59,252 nt of DNA, taken from the IMG/VR virus record IMGVR_UViG_3300042975_000012; one strand, given 5' to 3'. Below, piece by piece: positions 48,789 to 57,643 of the stretch (the stretch's first letter is position 1; each line of letters begins with the position of its first letter). The stretch comes from a virus. The position numbers and the translations under genes were made by a program. The notes below the pieces were generated by a model. That model was not told the DNA's origin. It did not search any database and saw only the letters and a program-made list of their open reading frames with translations.

Positions 48789-49460
48789 TCACACTTTTTT
48801 TACTAGCGTAAGAACCTCATTCGGGAGAGGCAAATATGCAGACTTCTCAGCAGATCCATAAATAGCATTTTCCAGATTAGTCAGATTACATAGTGTCGAA
48901 TCGAAAGTAATAGTAGACAGACTCTTCAAAGGCTTCGTCAAGCCCGGAACAGTGATACCATCAACTGAAACAGGTGTGGTCTTGTATTCCCATGAGAAGG
49001 TGATGGCATCGGGAGAATCGTTTTCGGATTCATACTTCTTTTCTGATGGCGAAGCAGTAGCCCCGTAAATCAGATGAAGTTTATATCCAAAAGCATCATC
49101 CACATCATTGCCCTTTTCTGTACGATAGGCAAGACCAAAGGTACGACGAGATTGCTGTCCGAAACTGACACCCGGAATTACTTCCACGGTACCATCACAA
49201 GCTGCAAACTCCGGAGGATACATATAGGCTTCAATAGTACCACCAAAGGTTTCGGCAGTACGGAAAGAAGCATACTTAATATTGTCAGCATACAGGTCTT
49301 TTGCTTCAGCGCCATCAGGCGAATCAGTAACACCGGTAATACCATTCCAAGCAATACCGGTGTCATACTTTCCGGTATTGCTGATGGGAAACAGAACAGC
49401 CTTAGATGCACCAAGCTCGTATTCACGAGTACCAGTAGCATCAAAAATAAGCTTAGCCAT
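48789..49460 (-). CDS. Major tail (tube) protein
   Basis: 223 aa, position upstream of the chaperones. G.TGVTDSPDGAE..DLYADN.KY motif is typical of siphovirus tube proteins. Confidence 0.65.
   Translation of the reverse strand: MAKLIFDATGTREYELGASKAVLFPISNTGKYDTGIAWNGITGVTDSPDGAEAKDLYADNIKYASFRTAETFGGTIEAYMYPPEFAACDGTVEVIPGVSFGQQSRRTFGLAYRTEKGNDVDDAFGYKLHLIYGATASPSEKKYESENDSPDAITFSWEYKTTPVSVDGITVPGLTKPLKSLSTITFDSTLCNLTNLENAIYGSAEKSAYLPLPNEVLTLVKKV
48795..48801 (-). promoter_or_regulatory. Candidate -1 slippery heptamer A_AAA_AAA at the end of the major tail gene
   Basis: Zero frame GTA AAA AAA GTG TGA. The -1 frame continues SVKSVSITTSNGGTVPTQLTVGKTLQLEGRVNY (N-terminal half of Big_2). Confidence 0.45.
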
Positions 49461-49470
49461 TATTTACTCC

Positions 49471-49779
49471 TTAAAAGTAAACTGTGAAAACTGTATGATA
49501 TACGTTTTCATTAATAAATCTTGTATTGAATTTAGTAAGAGGCATAGATGTCAGTTCATCGATAATCTGTTGATTTGGTGACCTAGTCGTCATATAAGTA
49601 ACTGAATATCTATGCTTAAGCCTATAGGTGACGTTATCAGCATTAAGTTTCTGAATATCGTCAAGATGATATACAACACAAGGGTATTGAATAGTAGAAC
49701 CAGCAGATGGTTGGTAGTAGACCTTGTCAGTCCCCAGTATAGTGACCAACTTCTGATGAAGTTTCTCCCGAGTAGCCAT
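49471..49779 (-). CDS. Head-tail joining / tail completion protein (102 aa)
   Basis: Position between the capsid and tube genes only. Confidence 0.35.
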   Translation of the reverse strand: MATREKLHQKLVTILGTDKVYYQPSAGSTIQYPCVVYHLDDIQKLNADNVTYRLKHRYSVTYMTTRSPNQQIIDELTSMPLTKFNTRFINENVYHTVFTVYF

Positions 49780-50092
49780 TCCACCTACTTCCTACTTCTA
49801 ATATCAAACGATGCTCCTTGACCTCAAGAGATGTCACAGTCCAAGCAACGTTAGACCATCGAACATACCGAATTTCAGTATAATGATCTTGAACATAAGC
49901 ATCCATAAGAATCGAAATCTGGTGATTCAACTTAATATCCACATTAGGGGTTTCTGTAGAATTCACCAGATTTCGAGACTTACGTATGATATCACCATAG
50001 GAAGCATGTTCGGTATAAACAGGTTCGTGTATTCCAATTTCTGGTTCGTCGTACCCAGTAAGGTATCCGACGTTGCCGTAGAACTTTGTCAT
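49727..50092 (-). CDS. Head-tail joining protein (121 aa; start could be 50101 or 50143)
   Basis: Position. ATG 50092 follows TAGGAGAAATGTTTAGT. Confidence 0.35.
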   Translation of the reverse strand: MTKFYGNVGYLTGYDEPEIGIHEPVYTEHASYGDIIRKSRNLVNSTETPNVDIKLNHQISILMDAYVQDHYTEIRYVRWSNVAWTVTSLEVKEHRLILEVGSRWNGYSGETSSEVGHYTGD

Positions 50093-50246
50093 ACTAAACA
50101 TTTCTCCTATTTTGATGGTTTCTATAATAATGTCAGAAACCAAAGAATGGAGCTCTATTGAACTTGAGTCTTGAGCTGTAGAGTCTTTCCAACTTCAAGA
50201 GTCGCCGGAGCAACGCCGCCATCAGAGGCGGTTATTGACACCGACG

Positions 50247-52334
50247 TTACGCTTTTGGGAGTTCAAGCGTCATAACACCCTTGAGCTTCGTCTCGGCACC
50301 AGACATGCGGCCTTCCATCAGATACTTATGCTGATTGAAGTCAATGTCGAATTGATTGAAACTGGTAATGTTGCCACCCTTATCGGTACCAACATTGTAA
50401 TCTGCAAGATTCGTAACGAAGCCAAACAGCGGCTGGTCCTTCTTCGCATCATTAGTGTTGCCATCGAAGTTCTTACGGACATAGCCATCAAGCTGATCCA
50501 TAGGAATAATTTCCTTAACACCAATAGCATCAGCAAGAGCCGCCATGTTAGGATACAGACGATGACCAATCTTATCACGAGCGGTAAGAATACGGAGAAT
50601 AGTCTTACGACCGACAAACATCGAAGGCGAACCAGTTCCACGCATATCGGACATGCGAACCGTGACGTCGTCAATAAACTTGTTCAACCAAGCGGTCTTG
50701 GTGTCATCGTCATCAGAAGCCTTCGGCAGAGCATCGACCGAAAGTGCAATACGATACGCCTCATTCTCCGAAACCAAAGGACGAATATGAGTCGGATTGA
50801 CCTTATCGGGAGAAGTAGCTTCTCGACCATCACCCAACGTGATTGCCAAACCAATTTCCTGATTCAGCTTAAGACGCATGTTATTCCACAGAGTAGGAAC
50901 AATGTCAAAATTATCGGCCAAGTCGACCAAGTCATCCTGATCGAGTTTCTGCTTCGCATAAATAGTCGTAGGAGTAGTCTCGCGACCCTTAAGATCATAC
51001 CACTGCTCAAACTTCATATTACCAGTCAGGTAACCACGAGCACGAACCTTATCGACATCCTTCTCAGTGAGATCATCGCCGAGATCATAGGACACAGTCT
51101 TGATTCGAGCAAACGGACTCTTGGAAACACCGGCAAGAACAGCCTGTACCCAAGATTCATCCGAATCAACAACCTGCATACCACCAACAAGCTTAGCCTC
51201 GGGGAACAGAAGCTTCAGGCTGCTATAGGTACCAAACCCATACTTGTTAACACCAGTAGGATCTCCTGAAATGGCACCAGTCTTCGCAGTCTTTGCGCCA
51301 TACCCATCACCAGCAATGGAAGAATCGGCAGTATCAAAAGCATGTGCCAACGTCGAATCCGAGTTGTTAGCCACTTCATCAGCAAGCGCCTCCATGAAGT
51401 GGCCCTGGAAAGAACCACGCCGAGCAGCAACGAATGCGTTGTGCATCAAACTATTACGTTCCTGCATGTCGACTCGAGACGTCTCGCCGTTACTCTCAAA
51501 AGCATTGTGTTTCAATGAATTTCCTTCGCTAAAAGCATTCTTGGCCACAAGAATGGTTGGTTCATCATCATCAGAGAAAGCAGAATGCTTGATCTTATCC
51601 TCACCATCCCCATAAGTATCATTAGTATCATTAGTATCATTAGTATCATCTGGCTCTTCATCGAGAGCCATGCCCACTAGGGCATTTACAACTTCACGCT
51701 GCTTATCAGACATGGTATCGAGAACATCCTGAATGGTCTCTTCCTTGCCATCATCTTCGGTTGCCTGGTTATTACCCATTTTAGTATCCTTCACTGCTTT
51801 TTTTGACGGGTTTTCTTTTGTATCTTTTTGCGACGAGATCGCGCTGTCATAAGAATGCTCCAAATATGAATTTTCATCACCGGAATAAATAATGGCAGTA
51901 TCATCAAGCTCTTCATCAAAACCATCGCTATGAGCGATAGCAACATTCATGATAGAAGCTTTAGGATTCGCACCAGCCAAACACAAACTGACTTCACGAA
52001 TTACTCCATGAAGAACTTCATTTCCATGACTCACTAGTTTATTAGCAAAGATGGAAAGTGAAGAATAATCTCCATGGGCAAGTTGTTTTCGAACATTCTT
52101 TGCTCGAGGAGTATCATTAAGATATCCCTCGCATTCAACGCCATCCGGTTTATTATGTAGTACTACATTACCAAGAACATTATCTGGATTATTATGGTCA
52201 TGCATCCACACAAGTGGAACTTTCTGACCATCATTATCCTTAAAGGCATCTTGTCGAATAATTCGACCATCTGCACACTCAACATCATTCTTGGTAGCAT
52301 AGCCAATGAAGTCTGGTTTTATACTTCCTGACAT
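50247..52334 (-). CDS. Prohead protease (HK97/S78-like) fused through an acidic linker to an HK97-fold major capsid protein
   Basis: N-terminus KVPLVWMHDHNNPDNVLG...SLSIFAN...IREVSLCLAGANPKA is the prohead protease signature. Acidic D/E/T/N linker. C-terminal ~330 aa is capsid-like and in the capsid position. Confidence 0.7.
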   Translation of the reverse strand: MSGSIKPDFIGYATKNDVECADGRIIRQDAFKDNDGQKVPLVWMHDHNNPDNVLGNVVLHNKPDGVECEGYLNDTPRAKNVRKQLAHGDYSSLSIFANKLVSHGNEVLHGVIREVSLCLAGANPKASIMNVAIAHSDGFDEELDDTAIIYSGDENSYLEHSYDSAISSQKDTKENPSKKAVKDTKMGNNQATEDDGKEETIQDVLDTMSDKQREVVNALVGMALDEEPDDTNDTNDTNDTYGDGEDKIKHSAFSDDDEPTILVAKNAFSEGNSLKHNAFESNGETSRVDMQERNSLMHNAFVAARRGSFQGHFMEALADEVANNSDSTLAHAFDTADSSIAGDGYGAKTAKTGAISGDPTGVNKYGFGTYSSLKLLFPEAKLVGGMQVVDSDESWVQAVLAGVSKSPFARIKTVSYDLGDDLTEKDVDKVRARGYLTGNMKFEQWYDLKGRETTPTTIYAKQKLDQDDLVDLADNFDIVPTLWNNMRLKLNQEIGLAITLGDGREATSPDKVNPTHIRPLVSENEAYRIALSVDALPKASDDDDTKTAWLNKFIDDVTVRMSDMRGTGSPSMFVGRKTILRILTARDKIGHRLYPNMAALADAIGVKEIIPMDQLDGYVRKNFDGNTNDAKKDQPLFGFVTNLADYNVGTDKGGNITSFNQFDIDFNQHKYLMEGRMSGAETKLKGVMTLELPKA
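50253..50259 (-). promoter_or_regulatory. Candidate -1 slippery heptamer C_CCA_AAA at the end of the capsid gene
   Basis: Zero frame CTC CCA AAA GCG TAA. The -1 frame continues SVTSVSITASDGGVAPATLEVGKTLQLKTQVQ and stops at 50155..50157. Confidence 0.4.
51615..51650 (-). repeat. 9-bp microsatellite (agtatcatt x4) encoding DTN repeats in the protease-capsid linker
   Basis: Read directly. Encodes DDTNDTNDTNDTY. Confidence 0.9.
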
Positions 52335-52382
52335 ATGTCTCCTTAAATTTTTTTTACCATTTTGACATTATTACTAGGAATT

Positions 52383-53657
52383 CTATGCTGGTGTATCCGG
52401 TCCTTCCTCTTTAATTGGAGTAGAAGAATCTTGTGTCTCATCAATGCCATGAGTAGACTTATCTAGAGGCATATTAGGATTGATGAGAGAGTTTGCAGCA
52501 TCGGACTGTACAGCCTTCTTAAGAAGGACAGCACGAGCTTCATTACCAGTAAGAATTTGATTACGAATCATCTTATCAAAGACATCACCAAGGTCCTTGA
52601 TAGATACTAAGGCGAATGGATCTTGGAAGTACTTGATTCGTTGGCCACTATTATAAGCTCGGGTGGTCAAGAATGCAAATTCAAGACCCTGAGTTATAAC
52701 AGACAGAATTGGTTCGATTGTTCGATGCTGATAATTTTGGATGACATCAGTGCTTGCTGAACCATTCATAATTTCAGGAGTGATGCCAAGTTCTGTATAC
52801 AAATTAGTCATCAATGTGGCAACTTGGGGTGCGATAGCATTCCCAAGCGGTCGATTTAACTGAGTAATTTTATCAGAGCTTGAAGCATAAGCAACACCAT
52901 ACTTATTGGAATTAAGTTGGTCTGTAAGAAGTTTTATCTTCTTTCCAGCTTCTCGTTCCAAAGCATCAGAGCGAACATTGAATGGGAACTGCATAATAAT
53001 GTCAAGTTTATTAGCACCGATTGATTCATCATACTGGTCCATTAATGTCAACTTACGAAGAAGTCGTGTTACCGTTGAATTATTCTCATTCATTACTGAA
53101 TAAAAAGGATTCTCAAGTATAGCAACCTTATTCTTAGCGAATACCAAATCTTCGAAATTACCACTTCGATCATTATACAAGTTAAGTCTAACATGCTGTG
53201 GTAGCCATTCAACGATTCTACCAATACGCATAGATTGAATATCAAACGACGATTCGCCGCCGTGAGTATTCACTTCACTGGTAGTATCAATAGGCGCAAT
53301 AGCAACATTTCCTTCATCAAACAAGGAAAGAACTAAATCTTGAATAAAAGCTTGAGATGTCTGATCTACATTAGGACGTAATGTAAGACAACGATTTAAC
53401 GATGATGGAATGTCACCAGAATAATTGTCATACTCATCTAGTTGTACATGTCTGAAATCCTGTATAGCACAATCCAATGCTATACGATTATAGATTGCTG
53501 CAATAATAGACCGCTCACGAGTACTAGCTCGTCCTTCTTGATATGGGGCATAACCAGAAGCCCCATAATCGTAAAAAGAAGAATTAGTGTCAGTCGGCGA
53601 CTTATTTTTGAATGCGTTCCAAGCATTCTTAAGTCTATCGGTTAAAGGTTCTGTCAT
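52383..53657 (-). CDS. Portal protein
   Basis: About 425 aa between TerL-side genes and the protease-capsid gene. ATG 53657 forms an ATGA overlap with the upstream stop; the track start 53681 is a TTG. Confidence 0.65.
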   Translation of the reverse strand: MTEPLTDRLKNAWNAFKNKSPTDTNSSFYDYGASGYAPYQEGRASTRERSIIAAIYNRIALDCAIQDFRHVQLDEYDNYSGDIPSSLNRCLTLRPNVDQTSQAFIQDLVLSLFDEGNVAIAPIDTTSEVNTHGGESSFDIQSMRIGRIVEWLPQHVRLNLYNDRSGNFEDLVFAKNKVAILENPFYSVMNENNSTVTRLLRKLTLMDQYDESIGANKLDIIMQFPFNVRSDALEREAGKKIKLLTDQLNSNKYGVAYASSSDKITQLNRPLGNAIAPQVATLMTNLYTELGITPEIMNGSASTDVIQNYQHRTIEPILSVITQGLEFAFLTTRAYNSGQRIKYFQDPFALVSIKDLGDVFDKMIRNQILTGNEARAVLLKKAVQSDAANSLINPNMPLDKSTHGIDETQDSSTPIKEEGPDTPA

Positions 53658-54205
53658 ACGATACCCTGTTTCTTCAACCAACTAGTAGCTCGTTGCCGAT
53701 TTTGAAAGTTTTTGACAGTACGATAAGCCTGTTGTCCATAAAAAGAGGTTAATTTAGCAGCTCGCTTAGCAGTACGTGCTGCTCCTTGTGGATTATGAAT
53801 TGCATAAGAAGCACCTATAATAGCAGCGGCAGTACCACCTTGAATTGCTGCGGTTTTTAGCCGTCTATTGATGCGATGACGTGTTTCCTTATGCACTTGT
53901 TTCTTGTGCTCTCGGTCTCCTATAGCAATAGCATTAGAATTATCTTGTTTTGCCATAGCTTGGTCATAAGCTTTTTTATACGTTGGTGATCTTTTAGAAC
54001 GAGCAGCTACCTGATTTGTAATTAGTTTACGACGTGTTCCAGCAGTATCGCCATACATAAACTTAGCTTTTTGGGTCTCTTTGGCATCTTTCTTTGCATC
54101 ACGAACGTCTTTTCTACGACCCCACTTCATACCAGGAACACCGAAATGTTCAAGATATTCAGATTCAGTCATAGCAACGAAGTCAGTACCTTCTAGTTCG
54201 TACAT
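53654..54205 (-). CDS. MKWG-family paralog A (183 aa): conserved N-terminal module, very basic middle, hydrophobic C-terminal helix
   Basis: MYELEGTDFVAMTESEYLEHFGVPGMKWGRRK... Confidence 0.6.
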   Translation of the reverse strand: MYELEGTDFVAMTESEYLEHFGVPGMKWGRRKDVRDAKKDAKETQKAKFMYGDTAGTRRKLITNQVAARSKRSPTYKKAYDQAMAKQDNSNAIAIGDREHKKQVHKETRHRINRRLKTAAIQGGTAAAIIGASYAIHNPQGAARTAKRAAKLTSFYGQQAYRTVKNFQNRQRATSWLKKQGIV

Positions 54206-54208
54206 AAG

Positions 54209-54745
54209 TTACCTTCCTATTCCGATAAGAGTAGTATTAATAGTATGACCATATTTCTTGTAACGAGAATAGGCTTTACCGGGAGTGGTATTCATAACAC
54301 CGTGTACAACTTTACCACTCATTCGAGAAGTAAATTGCATACCATTTTTAACTGCTTGTGGGTGTCCCATTAAATAAGAATTTACCTTTAATGCAGCAAG
54401 CCCACCAATTATACGTAAAGCCGATTTAGCTAGGTCTCTATTATTTTCTAAACGTGCTGCTTCTTTTTGAGATACCTGTGCTTTACCATGAAGTTTGCGT
54501 CTAGCATTATACAGGTTAGCATTAGCTTGACGTGATTTACCAAAAGTTGTTTTTCCTACTGTTAAAAGTACATCACTAGCTTTTTTAGCTCGCTTGGCTT
54601 TTTTATAAGCTTTCTTGTTTGCAGAGTGCTCGGCTCGTTCTGCTTTTGACTTTCGTACACCCCACTTCATACCAGGAACACCGAAATGTTCAAGATATTC
54701 AGATTCGGTCATAGCAACGAAGTCAGTACCTTCAAGTTCGTACAT
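54209..54745 (-). CDS. MKWG-family paralog B (178 aa)
   Basis: MYELEGTDFVAMTESEYLEHFGVPGMKWGVRK... The first ~90 nt are about 97% identical to paralog A. Confidence 0.6.
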   Translation of the reverse strand: MYELEGTDFVAMTESEYLEHFGVPGMKWGVRKSKAERAEHSANKKAYKKAKRAKKASDVLLTVGKTTFGKSRQANANLYNARRKLHGKAQVSQKEAARLENNRDLAKSALRIIGGLAALKVNSYLMGHPQAVKNGMQFTSRMSGKVVHGVMNTTPGKAYSRYKKYGHTINTTLIGIGR

Positions 54746-54757
54746 ACAAAATATCCT

Positions 54758-56518
54758 TTAAAAATTTTCACGATGCAGTTTGAATGCAATAAAAGCATCC
54801 ATCATCGCAGAAACGGAATCTATCTTCTGAGAATATCGCTCTTTAGATAGTTTTAAATTACCATTTAAATCTTGTAATGCTACAGAATTACCCATCGTAA
54901 AAGTCATAATATCTTGGTCGAAGACAAGTTTACGTTCTTCGGCAAGATGTTTAAGTTCTCCTAACGGAACGGATTCCGTTTTAGAACCTTGAATAACTTT
55001 CTCAATATCGAAATCACCATTATCAGCAATCCAACGTTTTAGGAACTCAGGAGCATTATAAGGATCATATCCAACACAACGAACATCATACTTAGCTTCA
55101 TTAATAATAAAGTTATCAAGATCTTCGTATACTGTTTCCATATCAAGAATATCAGAATCCATGATAATCATAGAGCCATCTTTGATAAATCCATTATACT
55201 TAAGTCTCATTCCTAAAGGTAACTGATTAAGAGTAAGACTTGTAATGTAAACTCTAGTCTTCACGCCAAAGGTGTTTTCGCCCAAAGGAAACAAAAAAGT
55301 AAACGCGCAAAAGTCATCGCCACGAGATAGATCGACACCCATAGCACATGGCATACCGTCAAAGTTCTGTTCTCTATGAGGAAGTGTTTCTTCATAAGTG
55401 AAGAAATATGTATACCCTTCCATTGGTAAATTAAAACGTTTTGCTAGAATATCATTGCGAGCAGATGGATTATTATTAGCTCGCTTGACGTCGATGGCAT
55501 AAGTATCATAACTTACAGTCTTGCCAAGATTAGGATTAGCCTTGATCCAAAGTTCAGGATGTTTAATCTCTTCTTTATCATCTAACTGATAATACCAGAT
55601 TGAAACTCCGGGATCTTCATACTCACCCTTTAATATATTGGCAAGTTCAAGTTTTATGGTATCACCGACACCATTACGAACAGTGCCTTCAGAAGAAGTT
55701 GCGATTATGAGATAATCATCATTCTCATCGGCACCTTGTTTTTTAGAAGCACCCTGCTCAAGTGCAGAAATAACATCTTCCTTAATATCACCAGATAGCC
55801 ATTCGTCAACTGTCGCCACTTTAAGTCTTAAACCCTGAAGTTTATCGATTCGCATAGGTCGCACTTCAAGCAAAGAGTTTGTTGCAAAATTCTGAACACC
55901 CTTTTTGGTTGAAGCAAGCATCGGTCGATTGTCTCGATTGCCAGTTGTATTATTTAACGAGCCCATAGTCATGAGTTTAAACAAAGGACCGGGAACGCGA
56001 GACAATGCGGTTCTAAATGGTGCCATTACTTCATCTGCTTGATTCATCGTTGGCGCGGTAGTTATTTGGTGTGTTGTTTCGCGATTGATGATTAGTTCAT
56101 AGCCCTGCCATGCATAATCATACATGGACTTAGCTGCACCTCGAGGAATGATAAGATATTGCTTACGAGTAAGTCGTTTCTTGATAAGTTTAATCTCGAT
56201 ATGATATCCACGAGAAGACTCATCAGGAACTGGTACTTCACGTTTGATAAAATAATACCAACCAATAACCTGTTCGGCCCACAACTTAAAAGTAAAAAGC
56301 AAAGTCAAAGGCGAACCATCAGTAAGTACTAATTCACTTTCGCAGAATTTGATCCAACCATTAATGGCTTTGTCATCGTAATAAAAGCGAGGATCAGCGA
56401 TAAGTTTATCGATACGATTCATTTCGAGTTCGATATTTTTACAAACTGGAATTTCACCAGATAGCACAGCATCTCGAAATTGCCCATAATAAATAGGAAC
56501 GGCACTATTACTCAGCAT
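54758..56518 (-). CDS. terL: Terminase large subunit
   Basis: 586 aa. Walker-A-like IIPRGAAKS, Walker-B-like KVATVDEW, nuclease-domain GVDLSRGDD. RBS GGAGGG. Confidence 0.8.
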   Translation of the reverse strand: MLSNSAVPIYYGQFRDAVLSGEIPVCKNIELEMNRIDKLIADPRFYYDDKAINGWIKFCESELVLTDGSPLTLLFTFKLWAEQVIGWYYFIKREVPVPDESSRGYHIEIKLIKKRLTRKQYLIIPRGAAKSMYDYAWQGYELIINRETTHQITTAPTMNQADEVMAPFRTALSRVPGPLFKLMTMGSLNNTTGNRDNRPMLASTKKGVQNFATNSLLEVRPMRIDKLQGLRLKVATVDEWLSGDIKEDVISALEQGASKKQGADENDDYLIIATSSEGTVRNGVGDTIKLELANILKGEYEDPGVSIWYYQLDDKEEIKHPELWIKANPNLGKTVSYDTYAIDVKRANNNPSARNDILAKRFNLPMEGYTYFFTYEETLPHREQNFDGMPCAMGVDLSRGDDFCAFTFLFPLGENTFGVKTRVYITSLTLNQLPLGMRLKYNGFIKDGSMIIMDSDILDMETVYEDLDNFIINEAKYDVRCVGYDPYNAPEFLKRWIADNGDFDIEKVIQGSKTESVPLGELKHLAEERKLVFDQDIMTFTMGNSVALQDLNGNLKLSKERYSQKIDSVSAMMDAFIAFKLHRENF

Positions 56519-56533
56519 TATGAGCTATCCCTC

Positions 56534-56971
56534 CTATAGATGCTTATGACTCCTATGCACTGCTGCTATACCACGAGTTATACCTCGTGCAGCAGTAGAG
56601 AATCCAGTTGCTACACCTTTATCGATATTAGAAGACATATACTTGGCTCCTCGTTGTGCATAAATATTAACAGCTGCTGTAACTGTTGCGGCTAGAAGCA
56701 TTGTAGGAATCTGATATGCTACATTTGAAACAGCACTTCTATGATTTGTTTTGTAATTATTAGATTGGGAAGCGTAATTATTTTCAAGATTCATACGAGT
56801 TGTAGCTCGTTGGAGTTCTTCATTTGAAAGTTCTGATGCTTTCTTCTTTCGAACATTTCGCACAAAGTCAGATTCAGAGTTAGAAGAACGCTTCTTACGT
56901 ACTCCCCACTTCATACCAGGAACACCGAAATGTTCAAGATATTCAGATTCGGTCATAATATTGGAATGCAT
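56534..56971 (-). CDS. MKWG-family paralog C (145 aa; start may be M6 at 56956)
   Basis: MHSNIMTESEYLEHFGVPGMKWGVRKK... Confidence 0.6.
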   Translation of the reverse strand: MHSNIMTESEYLEHFGVPGMKWGVRKKRSSNSESDFVRNVRKKKASELSNEELQRATTRMNLENNYASQSNNYKTNHRSAVSNVAYQIPTMLLAATVTAAVNIYAQRGAKYMSSNIDKGVATGFSTAARGITRGIAAVHRSHKHL

Positions 56972-56989
56972 TATATCATCTTTCCATAC

Positions 56990-57643
56990 TTAATTAGCTA
57001 CATCAGTTGGTAATTCGGGAAAAGTCTGTTCTAAAGCTTCTTCTAAATCATCAGATGGGTCTGACGTTAAATCAGAATGCTCGATATGATCTATGTCATA
57101 CTCCATATTAGTGAGACCACCCCATACATCGTCTTCGGACTCAGCTTTAGTAGCCTCATGTGTAACTTTAAATCCGTTCTTCTCATAAATATGACGTGTA
57201 TCTGGTGAGTTTCCAGGAACTTCTAGTGTAAGTTTTTTGAACCCATTAATTTTACCATAAGTTATTGCTGATTTAAATACAGCTCCTGCATAACCTTTTC
57301 CTCGTTGACTGGGATTAATACCCAACCATACAAGATTGAGTTCGCCATTTCCCACATCTGCAACAGATGTATCGCCAACTTTTTTACCATTATGCGATAT
57401 AGACATATTATGACAACCAAGAAACTTTTTCATCTTCTTATCTGAAAATGAATTAACGAAAGATGCTAGTCGTCCACTACGTTCTTCAGTTACTCTGAGT
57501 TTTTCGCCATGCTTAGTTGTCACTGAAAAATCAGCTAATTTACGATTTCGAATAGTATCATAGCGTTTCTTACGTACGCCCCATTTCATACCCCGAACGC
57601 CGAAGTGTTCCAAGTATTCGCTCTCAGTCATCAAACTAGACAT
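56990..57643 (-). CDS. MKWG-family paralog D fused to a GNAT acetyltransferase domain
   Basis: MSSLMTESEYLEHFGVRGMKWGVRKK... then LGINPSQRGKGYAGAVF...LEVPGNSPDTRHIYEKNGF (GNAT motif A). Start ATG 57643 behind GGAGGCTGAAC. Confidence 0.6.
   Translation of the reverse strand: MSSLMTESEYLEHFGVRGMKWGVRKKRYDTIRNRKLADFSVTTKHGEKLRVTEERSGRLASFVNSFSDKKMKKFLGCHNMSISHNGKKVGDTSVADVGNGELNLVWLGINPSQRGKGYAGAVFKSAITYGKINGFKKLTLEVPGNSPDTRHIYEKNGFKVTHEATKAESEDDVWGGLTNMEYDIDHIEHSDLTSDPSDDLEEALEQTFPELPTDVAN

Noticed and set aside
50235-51269. Long plus-strand ORFs in the supplied track (for example 50235..51269 at 344 aa, 21335..21994, 45509..46057, 32524..33120, 31519..32025)
   Set aside because: Each lies entirely antisense to a longer minus-strand gene with recognisable motifs. 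They have low-complexity or Ser/Ile/Leu-rich translations and no RBS. They are shadow ORFs of a genome coded wholly on one strand.
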